Shown here in pieces: positions 41,944 through 54,130 of a stretch of DNA of 64,000 nt (the stretch's first letter is position 1; every line of letters starts with the position of its first letter). Source of the stretch: Octopus bimaculoides. Lineage: Eukaryota. The position numbers were made by a program, and so were the translations under genes. The notes below the pieces were generated by a model. The model was not told the DNA's origin, searched no databases, and was given only the letters and a program-made list of their open reading frames with translations. The stretch covers positions 4,292,817 through 4,356,816 of the forward strand of contig NC_068991.1 in the NCBI RefSeq assembly GCF_001194135.2, read 5' to 3'.

Positions 41944-44900
41944 AACACATACGCACACGCACGCTTATGTACATAGAATCATATGTAAGTATCTTAAAAA
42001 TAAACCTACCTCCAAAGCATAAAATATCCTTCCTGTCAATAATATAAATCGCAGCCTCAGGATTACGATTGCATTGGTTTCCAAAGCTGAATATATCTTC
42101 GCATTCTACTGGCTGTCATCAACGATGCCAAGACAGCACTTAATTCACACAGTTTTAAAAGTATAGTATAATATATTACCATCTACCAAAGACATGCTGA
42201 AGAGCAATAGAAATGCCAATACATCACATTATATGCATACACATCTACATCCATCCATCAATCCATCCATCCATTCATTCATACATACATACATACATAC
42301 ATACAGACCGATGTACAGGAATATGTATGTACATACAGATTTCTATGTAGTATATTATAAATCCATACAGACACATACATACTTATGTATAGATAGATAT
42401 GCATATATATATATATACATAAACATATATGAATGTATGTATATACATATATAATAGATATACATAGATAGAGGGAGAGAGTGGGGTAGAGAGTGGGGTA
42501 GAGAGTGTGATAGATAGATAGATAGATAGATAGACACATAAATAGATAGAGCCAGGATCAAAAGAAAAATGGGTCTGATACTGTCTAATGGAGTCCAATG
42601 TTTGTCTTAGCGGCTTCATTCTCATTTGCGTTACTTACAGCTCTCATTTGCCTTACTTGCAATTGCTCAGAAATCCAAGTGATCGATTGAACGTTTAATA
42701 ATGAATAATGAGGCTTCCACTTCTTGTAAATTATGCAGTAAATTATGCTTGTAAATTATGCAGTAAATGATATGTAACGCCGATTCTGGTTGACGATGGA
42801 GCACATGCTGGTATTAATAGCAGGATGAGTACAGGTAACTTTTAGAGGGTCAGCTCGTGCATGACGGGTAGGAATGAAAATTTTTAAACAAATTTCCGTG
42901 CTTTGATATTTTTGCTTAAGTTGTATAATATTTACGGCCAACAACTAAAGCACGTAGAGTGACGCTTGGCAAAGATTGACCGTAAACTAAGTTTGGAAGG
43001 AAGGTGTGTAGCGTGTGATCGTCACATTAAGAGTCCCTTCTAGCGTGAGTCATTTATGTATAGTAATGCCCTTAATATTAATAATATATATATATATATA
43101 TATATATANNNNNNNNNNNNNNNNNNNNNNNNNNNNNNNNNNNNNNNNNNNNNNNNNNNNNNNNNNNNNNNNNNNNNNNNNNNNNNNNNNNNNNNNNNNN
43201 NNNNNNNNNNNNNNNNNNNNNNNNNNNNNNNNNNNNNNNNNNNNNNNNNNNNNNNNNNNNNNNNNNNNNNNNNNNNNNNNNNNNNNNNNNNNNNNNNNNN
43301 NNNNNNNNNNNNNNNNNNNNNNNNNNNNNNNNNNNNNNNNNNNNNNNNNNNNNNNNNNNNNNNNNNNNNNNNNNNNNNNNNNNNNNNNNNNNNNNNNNNN
43401 NNNNNNNNNNNNNNNNNNNNNNNNNNNNNNNNNNNNNNNNNNNNNNNNNNNNNNNNNNNNNNNNNNNNNNNNNNNNNNNNNNNNNNNNNNNNNNNNNNNN
43501 NNNNNNNNNNNNNNNNNNNNNNNNNNNNNNNNNNNNNNNNNNNNNNNNNNNNNNNNNNNNNNNNNNNNNNNNNNNNNNNNNNNNNNNNNNNNNNNNNNNN
43601 NNNNNNNNATATATATATATATACTCTTGTATATACTCAGTCACCTTCGCAGGTGTATCCATATATGTGTGGGCGCCTGTCTCTTCATATGCTAGAATAA
43701 GACAGTATAAACATTTTCCCAACTGCTTCGACATTTATATTCAATAAACAATGATAAGAGTTCGACCTTGAAGCTAACTAGATTACTGTATCTGTTAATA
43801 TAGAGCGGACTCCATCCCTAATTTCTTAAAATTATGTCAGTAAACGAAAAGAAAAAAAAAAGGTTCATATCAGGTTCATGATGAATTTCAATCTGAAGAG
43901 TCAGGCAAAATCGTCCATAATTTGAATTATAATTAATCAGCTTGATATGTAAGAATGTTGAGAGGAAAGGGTTTAATCATCGGCATGTACCGGTGCCATT
44001 TGAAGGCTGTTTCGTTTCAATAATCATTGAAGTTCGTTTGAGTACCATTCACTTTCTCAAACGTAGCATAGAAACAATTTCGCGATTCATATGTCTTAAT
44101 GTGTCAAAGCTGAATTGAAGCGCTGCATTAATCAGTTAATACGTTCTTTGGAATATGGGCAATAATTCCATTGTCAAGTATATCACAGAGAATACTGAAT
44201 TATGCTTGGTGATAATTATTCAAAGAAAACGTATTCATAATGATTAAGAAGAGGATCCATGGAGGATTTTTGATCCATATATAATAATATTGATAGGAAA
44301 CCTCCAGTAGGATCTGAGGTATTGTGTTTAGGCATTGTTCTGTTACAGTTCATCTATAAAGGCCTCTCCGTTACCTTCAAGTTTTTAATATTCATTGTGC
44401 ATATCCTTCGTTATCAAGGGGATACTTTCGTATGAGAAATCTTATGTAGTTGATATGATTGGTAATATTATGCGATTTATATTTATGAATATGTGCAAGA
44501 TGAAATGTAAAAGGGACTTCATGGGGATTTGAATCAAAGGATATGCCAGCCAAAACTATGAACTCTACGAAAATTACAGGAGTCCATACACAAGGAAATG
44601 TAGAGCTCCACATTGCTTCAAAATGTAATTCTCAAGACATTTGTAACAGAAATATATTGTTCTTCTTTAATAGACTTGATATATCCACAAAAAACTTATT
44701 TGATGATTCCAGCTGTCTCTATCAGAAGACACTAAGGGCTATATGTTTGAAATATACTGAATATATCAAGTGCAGATAATATTATGGGTGTGCGCATTAA
44801 CAGTACAAAAGAACTTCTAATTTTGGAAGGCCAGTAAGTGTGAGAGGAAGAAAACCATGATTTGCTATTTATATTGTATTAAAATTTATAATATGAAGAA

Positions 44901-45138
44901 GAATTCAATATCCTGTCCGATGTATGTTAGTGGCCTGCATGTATCCGATTATGAACAATGTAAGTGCATACTCTTATCCCTATACAATTATACATATATA
45001 TAAATATATATATGTGTGTGTGTGTGTATAAGTATATATATTAATATTCATATGGGTGTGGGTGTGAGTTTGTATGTGCATATGTGTGCGTGTATTATGT
45101 ATATGTATACGTATAATCGCATGCAGAGATGGCACAAA

Positions 45139-45183
<45 letters not shown>

Positions 45184-45356
45184 CATACATACATATATAC
45201 ATAAATACATACACACATATGTATATATTTGTATATATTTATATATACCTATATACATATATATATATATATTTATATACATACATACATACATATATAC
45301 ATAAATACATACACACGTATGTATATATTTGTATATATTTATATATACCTATATAC

Positions 45357-45420
<64 letters not shown>

Positions 45421-45747
45421 ATATGTGTACGTGTGTACGTGTGAGTTTGTGTGTGCATGCATGTGCGTGTATGTATGTATGTATGAATATACACATATAC
45501 TAAAATCATATATGTAAACGTTTGGCATGTAGGAATAATTGCCTCTAATACAATGGATGTTAAAATTCTTTTACTGTCATATCGTTAATAGAAAGCTTTT
45601 AGCTGAGTCTTGCGAAAACTTCGAACGTTTTGTTACAACGTTTATGTAGGTATGTGTTAATATTTAAACAAAAGATAAACCATCTTAGACGTATTTACAT
45701 GTAAAATATGCGCCATACACCAAATTCCCATTTTCTGTATGCGTGAG

Positions 45748-45809
<62 letters not shown>

Positions 45810-46749
45810 NNNNNNNNNNNNNNNNNNNNNNNNNNNNNNNNNNNNNNNNNNNNNNNNNNNNNNNNNNNNNNNNNNNNNNNNNNNNNNNNNNNNNNNNNNN
45901 NNNNNNNNNNNNNNNNNNNNNNNNNNNNNNNNNNNNNNNNNNNNNNNNNNNNNNNNNNNNNNNNNNNNNNNNNNNNNNNNNNNNNNNNNNNNNNNNNNNN
46001 NNNNNNNNNNNNNNNNNNNNNNNNNNNNNNNNNNNNNNNNNNNNNNNNNNNNNNNNNNNNNNNNNNNNNNNNNNNNNNNNNNNNNNNNNNNNNNNNNNNN
46101 NNNNNNNNNNNNNNNNNNNNNNNNNNNNNNNNNNNNNNNNNNNNNNNNNNNNNNNNNNNNNNNNNNNNNNNNNNNNNNNNNNNNNNNNNNNNNNNNNNNN
46201 NNNNNNNNNNNNNNNNNNNNNNNNNNNNNNNNNNNNNNNNNNNNNNNNNNNNNNNNNNNNNNNNNNNNNNNNNNNNNNNNNNNNNNNNNNNNNNNNNNNN
46301 NNNNNNNNNNNNNNNNNNNNNNNNNNNNNNNNNNNNNNNNNNNNNNNNNNNNNNNNNNNNNNNNNNNNNNNNNNNNNNNNNNNNNNNNNNNNNNNNNNNN
46401 NNNNNNNNNNNNNNNNNNNNNNNNNNNNNNNNNNNNNNNNNNNNNNNNNNNNNNNNNNNNNNNNNNNNNNNNNNNNNNNNNNNNNNNNNNNNNNNNNNNN
46501 NNNNNNNNNNNNNNNNNNNNNNNNNNNNNNNNNNNNNNNNNNNNNNNNNNNNNNNNNNNNNNNNNNNNNNNNNNNNNNNNNNNNNNNNNNNNNNNNNNNN
46601 NNNNNNNNNNNNNNNNNNNNNNNNNNNNNNNNNNNNNNNNNNNNNNNNNNNNNNNNNNNNNNNNNNNNNNNNNNNNNNNNNNNNNNNNNNNNNNNNNNNN
46701 NNNNNNNNNNNNNNNNNNNNNNNNNNNNNNNNNNNNNNNNNNNNNNNNN

Positions 46750-46786
<37 letters not shown>

Positions 46787-47149
46787 GTGTATATGCAAAT
46801 TACTTTATACATTTGGAATATATAGATTTTCTTAGATATTTTATCCTATTTGTGTTTACACAGGATTCTATAATCATCAATATCTTTTCCATTATATTGT
46901 ATTATACAGTATGTGTACATACTTTTATTATTTGATATATATTACATACAATCGTATTTCATGTGGAATATTATATTTTATTGTTTATTGAATCTAAAAT
47001 TTTTCATAAACGGTTTTGTATTATTGAATGTTGTATAGTTGGATTCTTTCATTGTTGATTTTCAATATTTCTCAATATTATATTTCATTACTCACACACA
47101 CACACACACATACACACACGCGCCCTCATTTCTATACATTCTTTTCTTC

Positions 47150-47345
47150 TTTTCTTCTTTTATTTCTTTCAGTCATTTTACTGCGGCCACGCTGGAGCGG
47201 CGCCTTTATTCAAACAAATCGAGCCTAGGACTTATTCTTTGTAAGTCTAGTGCTTATTGTATCGCACTCTTTTGCGGAACCACTAAGTTACGGGGATATA
47301 AACAAACCAACATCGCTTGTCATCGAAACCGTTGTTTAGATAGAT
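47150..47345 (-). mobile_element. SINE family B 3' half
   Basis: TCAGTCATTTTACTGCGGCCACGCTGGAGCGGCGCC..ACTTATTCTTTGTAAGTCTAGTGCTTATT..CTAAGTTACGGGGA..ACCAACATCGCTTGTCA. Confidence 0.8.
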
Positions 47346-47715
47346 TCACTACCCTCTCGAAAACATGTGTCTGAAGCAGTTTGGTTTTCTCTTTTGTCAA
47401 TAGTTGGCTCGGCTCAAAATCTTCCAAATCCCAAACGTAAACCACTACGACCTTTGCAATGCTAGCAATGCAAAAATATCTAACTTTTGATGATGTTTAC
47501 CGCTTGTAGAAATTGGAATATTTTTCTTCTGCAGTGGAAAGTTTGTAGACGAGAAGTTCTTGAAAGTGTGTCTCATTGCTCTGGGTGTCCTTTTTTCTAG
47601 CTAATTACTTTTTTCTTTAGTTAGGTGGGAGTAGTTCAGATTTGGCAGGTAAATGTTATATTTTCTCTCCATCAACTTTGTCCCAAAGCTCTAATGTAAT
47701 GTAATGAAATTTCCC

Positions 47716-47858
47716 TAAGACACCTGATGAAGGCTGGAGGGTTTTTCAGCCGAAACGTTGTGTTAACAACAAACAAGATGAGGATAAATATCCGTCAAAT
47801 GTAAATAATGTAAATAATGTAAATAATGTACACAATTCCTCATCTCTTAAATATAGAA
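47716..47858 (+). mobile_element. Penelope-like terminal-repeat fragment carrying the hammerhead
   Basis: The hammerhead is followed by AACAACAAACAAGATGAGGATAAATATCCGTCAAAT(GTAAATAAT)x3...CCTCATCTCTTAAATATAGAA. A second copy of this tract lies at 54058-54130. Confidence 0.6.
47719..47764 (+). ncRNA. Minimal hammerhead ribozyme motif of Penelope-like LTR type
   Basis: GACAC CTGATGA A GGCTG-gagggttttt-CAGCC GAAA CG TT GTGTT. Stem I is GACAC/GTGTT, stem II is GGCTG/CAGCC, stem III is a loopless palindrome (ACGU), and there is an extra A after A9. Confidence 0.7.
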
Positions 47859-48585
47859 TCAATGAAGACTTGGCATTTATGATGATATCGATATCACAGT
47901 TGACAATATCACCATCTTTAGTTCCAAATTCCAGAACCTTGAAGAACGAAGACGGGTCTGAAAATTGTCGGGTAGTGTTGGCTTATCTCCAAATAGACGA
48001 AATGACATTAAATTTCAACGCTGATGTTTCTAAACCACTTAACTTCCGTTGTTTCATTGTTGTAATCTAATGACGTTTGTAATTTTGTCATTAATATCGT
48101 CTGCTCATTAGTATATATTTGATAATTCTACGCTTGTTGTGGTTTCGGATAACGAGTGCACTTTATTAATTAGCTTAAATATCGTGGCTATTATTTTCAC
48201 TTCGTAGTTAATTCTGTCGTAAGTGTTTGTGATACATTTCTTGTAATGTTAAGTGATACCGTTCGTTACGTTTTTAGAGTATGTATCCATATCTACAGAA
48301 TACAGTCAGTTTGTGCCTTATGAAGATTTGTATAATGTGTCAGAAATGTTAATGGTCGTGCTGGTAAATGTTATTTTACGGTGAAAAGCATTATTACATT
48401 TACTAAATCAAACTGAGCTGATAATTTCCAGAAGTTCAGGTATGCAGAGTAACAAGTTGTAATAGGATTATACATATGTGTGTATGTGTATGTGTGTGTG
48501 TGTGTGTGTGTGTGCAACACTCTCTCTTTCTTTCTCTCTCATTTTCTCTCCATTTCTCTGTCTTTCTCTCTCTCTGTATATATAT

Positions 48586-48632
<47 letters not shown>

Positions 48633-49529
48633 NNNNNNNNNNNNNNNNNNNNNNNNNNNNNNNNNNNNNNNNNNNNNNNNNNNNNNNNNNNNNNNNNNNN
48701 NNNNNNNNNNNNNNNNNNNNNNNNNNNNNNNNNNNNNNNNNNNNNNNNNNNNNNNNNNNNNNNNNNNNNNNNNNNNNNNNNNNNNNNNNNNNNNNNNNNN
48801 NNNNNNNNNNNNNNNNNNNNNNNNNNNNNNNNNNNNNNNNNNNNNNNNNNNNNNNNNNNNNNNNNNNNNNNNNNNNNNNNNNNNNNNNNNNNNNNNNNNN
48901 NNNNNNNNNNNNNNNNNNNNNNNNNNNNNNNNNNNNNNNNNNNNNNNNNNNNNNNNNNNNNNNNNNNNNNNNNNNNNNNNNNNNNNNNNNNNNNNNNNNN
49001 NNNNNNNNNNNNNNNNNNNNNNNNNNNNNNNNNNNNNNNNNNNNNNNNNNNNNNNNNNNNNNNNNNNNNNNNNNNNNNNNNNNNNNNNNNNNNNNNNNNN
49101 NNNNNNNNNNNNNNNNNNNNNNNNNNNNNNNNNNNNNNNNNNNNNNNNNNNNNNNNNNNNNNNNNNNNNNNNNNNNNNNNNNNNNNNNNNNNNNNNNNNN
49201 NNNNNNNNNNNNNNNNNNNNNNNNNNNNNNNNNNNNNNNNNNNNNNNNNNNNNNNNNNNNNNNNNNNNNNNNNNNNNNNNNNNNNNNNNNNNNNNNNNNN
49301 NNNNNNNNNNNNNNNNNNNNNNNNNNNNNNNNNNNNNNNNNNNNNNNNNNNNNNNNNNNNNNNNNNNNNNNNNNNNNNNNNNNNNNNNNNNNNNNNNNNN
49401 NNNNNNNNNNNNNNNNNNNNNNNNNNNNNNNNNNNNNNNNNNNNNNNNNNNNNNNNNNNNNNNNNNNNNNNNNNNNNNNNNNNNNNNNNNNNNNNNNNNN
49501 NNNNTATTTATATTTACATATACATATAC

Positions 49530-49577
<48 letters not shown>

Positions 49578-49821
49578 GTATATATATATATATATGTATG
49601 TATATATGTATATATATATTTATATATATCATATACATGTAATGTGTATATATATGTATATATATGTGTATGTGTGTCTGTGTAACTATTTCCCTTTTTC
49701 TTTTACATCCATCAGGTGAAACACATGCACACAAGATAAGATGAACACATATATATACTGTTAAGCATGAACAGAACAAACCAAAAACAGACACAGACAA
49801 ACACACACACACACACACCCA

Positions 49822-49853
<32 letters not shown>

Positions 49854-50394
49854 AGCAAAGACACAAAGACACAGGCGCAATCACAAGCACACACTTATCC
49901 AATTATTACTTCGTTGTCGTACTGCATTAGTTCACCTGTTCAATTGTTTTCTCATACTTTTAGTTGCCTAAGACTTTTAGAAAGTCTGACTGCTTGTAAT
50001 CATTGCGGCTGCTACAAACATTACTGTTGCATCAAAATTCTCACATCAGCAGGGGGTTATTTTCCCCATATAATAAATCTATTTGTAATATATGTGGGAA
50101 AGAATTGTTCGTGTATGATTTAACTACAATATATTTTATCTCATAGAAAGGTCTTTTGTCTCAACCAAACAGATCGTACAATGCAGTACAATATTGAATA
50201 TATATCGTGTATTCATTGTAACAATGTTGTTTTAATTTCTTTATTACTATTATCACTACCTTTATTCAACCCAGGTACTTCGCCTTTCATTCTTTCGGGG
50301 TCTATCAATGAAGTACCAGTGAAATAGTAGTCCCTGTAATATTCAGAGATTTAAGTGCTCTGGGACTTAATGGGTTAATTCATTGACCCCAAAA

Positions 50395-50778
50395 GTGGCT
50401 ACACACAGAGGGGACAAACAAGGACAGACAAACGGGCTAATTCGATTATATTGACGGCAGTATTTATTTAATTGACCCCGAAAGGATGAAAGGCAAAGTC
50501 GACCTCGGCGGAATTTGAACTCAGAACGTAACGGGAGATGAAATACCTATTTCGTTATTGCCCACAAGGGGCTAAACATAGAGGGGACAAACAAGGACAG
50601 ACAAAGGGATTAAGTCGATTACATCGACCCCAGTGCGTAACTGGTACTTAATTTATCGACCCCGAAAGGATGAAAGGCAAAGTGGACCTCGGCGGAATTT
50701 GAACTCAGAACGTCACAGCAGACGAAATACCGCTAAGCATTTCGCCCGGCGTGCTAACGTTTCTGCTAGCTCGCCACC
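50395..50778 (-). mobile_element. Tandem SINE family A pair (tail type 1)
   Basis: Near-consensus copy at 50548-50778 is fused at GAAATA|GGTATTTC to a 5'-truncated copy at 50395-50547. Confidence 0.9.
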
Positions 50779-51289
50779 GTTATTTAGGAACTATATTCTC
50801 GTAATTATCCATGTCCTGTATCTCATCGTCATTGTCATCCGATTCTTTCCCCTCTTTCTCCTCCTCCTCCTCCTCCTCACTTTTGTCGTTATACAAGTTG
50901 TGTTGTTGCTGTTGTATTTGGTAGTGGTGGTCCAAGTGGGATCATCGCTAATGACTGACTGATTATTTTCCTATAAACATTTCTAAGGGAAAAGGAGAAG
51001 TAAAATAATAAGCCGGACAAAATGAGTGAAAACCAGTAATACGGTATGTTAGAAATAGTAATCACATCTGCCTCATATCACACTCTACGGTTCTTAAAAT
51101 AAATGGACTTTGTGAAAAGTAAACTAGCTTCAGAAGTCCTACCTGTGTTTAGTACCGGAAGCTAACATCGGAGTCTGCCTTTCAAGGTTTAATTCAGGCG
51201 TATATATCTAGAGGAATTCAAGAATTCCTGGCCTTATGCTGAAACTTGAAACTGATACGTCTCACCACCAAATATTATTCTCAGACACA

Positions 51290-51633
51290 AAGGAGCACTC
51301 CGTCGGTTACGATGACGACGAGGGTCCCAGCTGATCCGATCATCGGAACAGCCTGCTCGTGAGATTAACGTGCAAGTGGCTGAGCACTCCACAGACATGT
51401 GTACCGTTAACGTAGTTCCTAGGGAGATTCAGTGCGACACAGAATGTGACAAGACTGTCCCTTTGAAATAGAGGTTCTACTCATTTTTGCCAGATGAGTG
51501 GGCTGGAGCAACGTGAGATAAAGCGTCTTGCTGAAGGACACAACGCGTCGCTGGGAATGGAACTCTCGACCTTACGATCGCGAGCCGAATGCCCTAACCA
51601 CTGAGCCCTAACCACTGAGCCACACGCCTTCAA
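51290..51633 (-). mobile_element. Full-length SINE family C with an 11-bp target-site duplication
   Basis: Head GGCGTGTGGCTCAGTGGTTAGGG..GAGTTCCATTCCC, CORE-like GTGTCCTTCAGCAAGACGCTTTA, tail CTCGTCGTCATCGTAACCGACGGAGTGC. TCTCAGACACA flanks both sides (51279-51289 and 51634-51644). Confidence 0.9.
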
Positions 51634-51644
51634 TCTCAGACACA

Positions 51645-51845
51645 GCAGAATCGTTAGCGCACCGGACGAAATGCTTAGCGGTATATCGTCTGCCGTTACG
51701 TTCTGAGTTCAAATTCAGCTGAGGTCTACTTTGCCTTTCATCCTTTCGGGGTCGATTAACTAAGTACCAGTTATGCACCGGGGTCGATGTAATCGACTTA
51801 ATCCCTATGTCTCTCCTTGTTTGTTCCCTCTATGTTAGCCCCCTG
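51645..51845 (+). mobile_element. SINE family A (tail type 1), missing the first ~12 nt
   Basis: GCAGAATCGTTAGC...GAGTTCAAATTC...CCTTTCATCCTTTCGGGGTCGATT...CCCTCTATGTTAGCCCC. Confidence 0.9.
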
Positions 51846-54057
51846 TCTAATTTCCTCTTTCCAAAGACAGGAGGAGTGTGATTTGAAGGAAGTTTGGTAG
51901 TAATTTTTGCCAGTGGAGTGACTAGTAGCACAACTTGAGTTCGTTTATTAGTTGACGTATAATGTGTGATTCACGTGATATTTCTTTTGATATCAGATAA
52001 ATAATTACAAACACCTTCAACGTTTTAATTATCATATTAAAGAAAAAAATATAAAACAATCAAAACAAACGGAAATATTTTATTAGGGATCTAATTTAAT
52101 TGCAATGTCATGTAATTTATTTAGAAGTTCCCTTCACGATGCGCCATACCGAATGAAATGTTACAATTTTTTTCGTTTTTCATTTTCTCTCTGTAAATCA
52201 AGCAAGTCATTTGAAGAAACCTATTGGCTATTAGCTCTTATATCTTCATATGATGGTAGCAAATGAACAAATATAAATGCATCGTTTGACACGCATCAAC
52301 GCAGATTGATAACATGAAAAAGATCAACAATTATACAGAAAATGTCAGAGGATGGAATCACCTAATTAACCAGCATTAATAAATCCAGTTTAGTCAGGTC
52401 AAGAGTAAAATCTGTGTAGTTTAATTAACTTGTACGTAAGTGAACATATAATTAGTAGCTGTCGTTAATCAAATAGTTACACAACGAATGTTGGTCATTA
52501 AGATTTTGAAAGTGTTGGCTCCCCGGTAAATAATCACATGAAAAGCAATTCGACCGGCAGTTTCGGTATGCCACATAAACGCAACTTTAAAACTTTCAAT
52601 TAAAAGTAGGTGTTGTAATTAAAAATAGGAATGAGAGGACGAATGAGAGTTGGAGACATGTCTCAAAGAGCTGAGTTCGAATCTACAGTGAGACACTTCC
52701 TTTTATTAATTCGACATACGTACAGCTTTCCTTCGTATAACGAATCCCGGGAAGGCTTGCAAAGCCTGTTAGATGTGTTTCAGCATGAGTAAACAATTTT
52801 TGACTCATTTTGGTTTCCATTATCCAAAGTAACTACATCTTTATGAAAGAATCGGCGAGTCATTTGAATCGTATTTAGCTGCTATATCTAGCTCTTTCGA
52901 TGATCCCAAAAGAATCTTCATTATATAGTCTTTTCTGGGAAAGCATTTAAATTCTGTAGTCAAGAAGTTATTCACAAAATACATGTAGATAAATTTAGAA
53001 TAATTTAAACAGGACATTTTCTTTTGATATAAAAACTGATTTTCTAAAAAACACTTTGAAGAAGTAAGCACATTATAGATTGAAGTTGATAACGGAGTTA
53101 AACCGAATTCACCTCGGTTTTATGGAATTTTATTTGTATCAGGATACGGCTAGGGGATATGTTTTCGCTAAACATGTTTATATATTACTTGGTTCATATA
53201 TGTCGGTGGTAAACAAAATCTCAGTGCCGTGTTAGCGTCTGGGACGACGCCCTGCTAAATCTGCAGTTCGTATCCTCAGACGTGTAACGATTTATCTGAC
53301 GAAGCTGACACGATGAACGAACGAAGCCACAACGATGGACACTCGTATGAATTGTATACCATTATATCTTAACATATATTACCATTAATAATTTTCAAGT
53401 ATTCCCACTGGCATGTAGCATGATCAGATCTAAAATAAATTATATGCTGCCCCAACTTAATTACTGTGACATTGAAGTATCCGCATTTGACACTTTGCAG
53501 ACACTAAAATATTTTCATTTCCTGATCGACTAATTTTCTGTACACATAAACGCATTTCCAGGTTGGTATTTTTTATTTCTTCTCATCACCGTTTATTATG
53601 GACTTTGTGACATTACTAAATTGTTTCAACACCCTTTCTCATGCTAACGGCATAAATTCCTGTGTCATAAAGTTCAAATTAAATAGTGTAAAATTAGGGT
53701 GATAAAGGTGCCATATTTTGATTCGATCTTGTGATCTTTTTGACACCAGGGGAGGATTAATTCGCTCTATTTAGACGAACTACACCGCAAGCTCTAAATG
53801 TTTGATCAACTTTAGTCGTAAATGTAATCATTTTAACATCAAATAGTTGAGTTTGTGTCGTTGACAAGTTAAAATATTATTTTCCTCATTTTCATTAAGA
53901 TAATTACTAATGAAGAACTTAAGAAATATTAGTGATGGAAATGAATTCCCTGAAAAAAAAATTAATGTAATACCGAGATCAAATTTTCAAATACGGTTAA
54001 TTTTGGATTGGAGTAATTTCTTAGCAGAAGTATGTCCGCAGAGTTGCGGGTCTCGGA

Positions 54058-54130
54058 TCAGCCGAAACGTGTTAACAACAAACAAGATGAGAACAAATAT
54101 CCATCAAATGTAAATAATGTACATAATTCC
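54058..54130 (+). mobile_element. Truncated second copy of the 47.7-kb Penelope-like repeat (hammerhead 5' half missing)
   Basis: TCAGCCGAAACGTGTTAACAACAAACAAGATGAGAACAAATATCCATCAAATGTAAATAATGTACATAATTCC matches 47746-47839; there is no CTGATGA box upstream. Confidence 0.7.

Noticed and set aside
43900-44850. Possible decayed LINE RT (SFDSNPHE, ILFLIIMNT on the minus strand)
   Set aside because: Only faint motif resemblance amid many stops; cannot be supported without a profile search.
47380-47620. Possible Merlin/ISXO2-like transposase N-terminus on the minus strand
   Set aside because: Similarity is limited to a vague FLQ..IIKS..C pattern with stops.
53305-53335. CTGACGAAG box resembling a Penelope hammerhead start
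   Set aside because: No convincing stem II or GAAA box follows.
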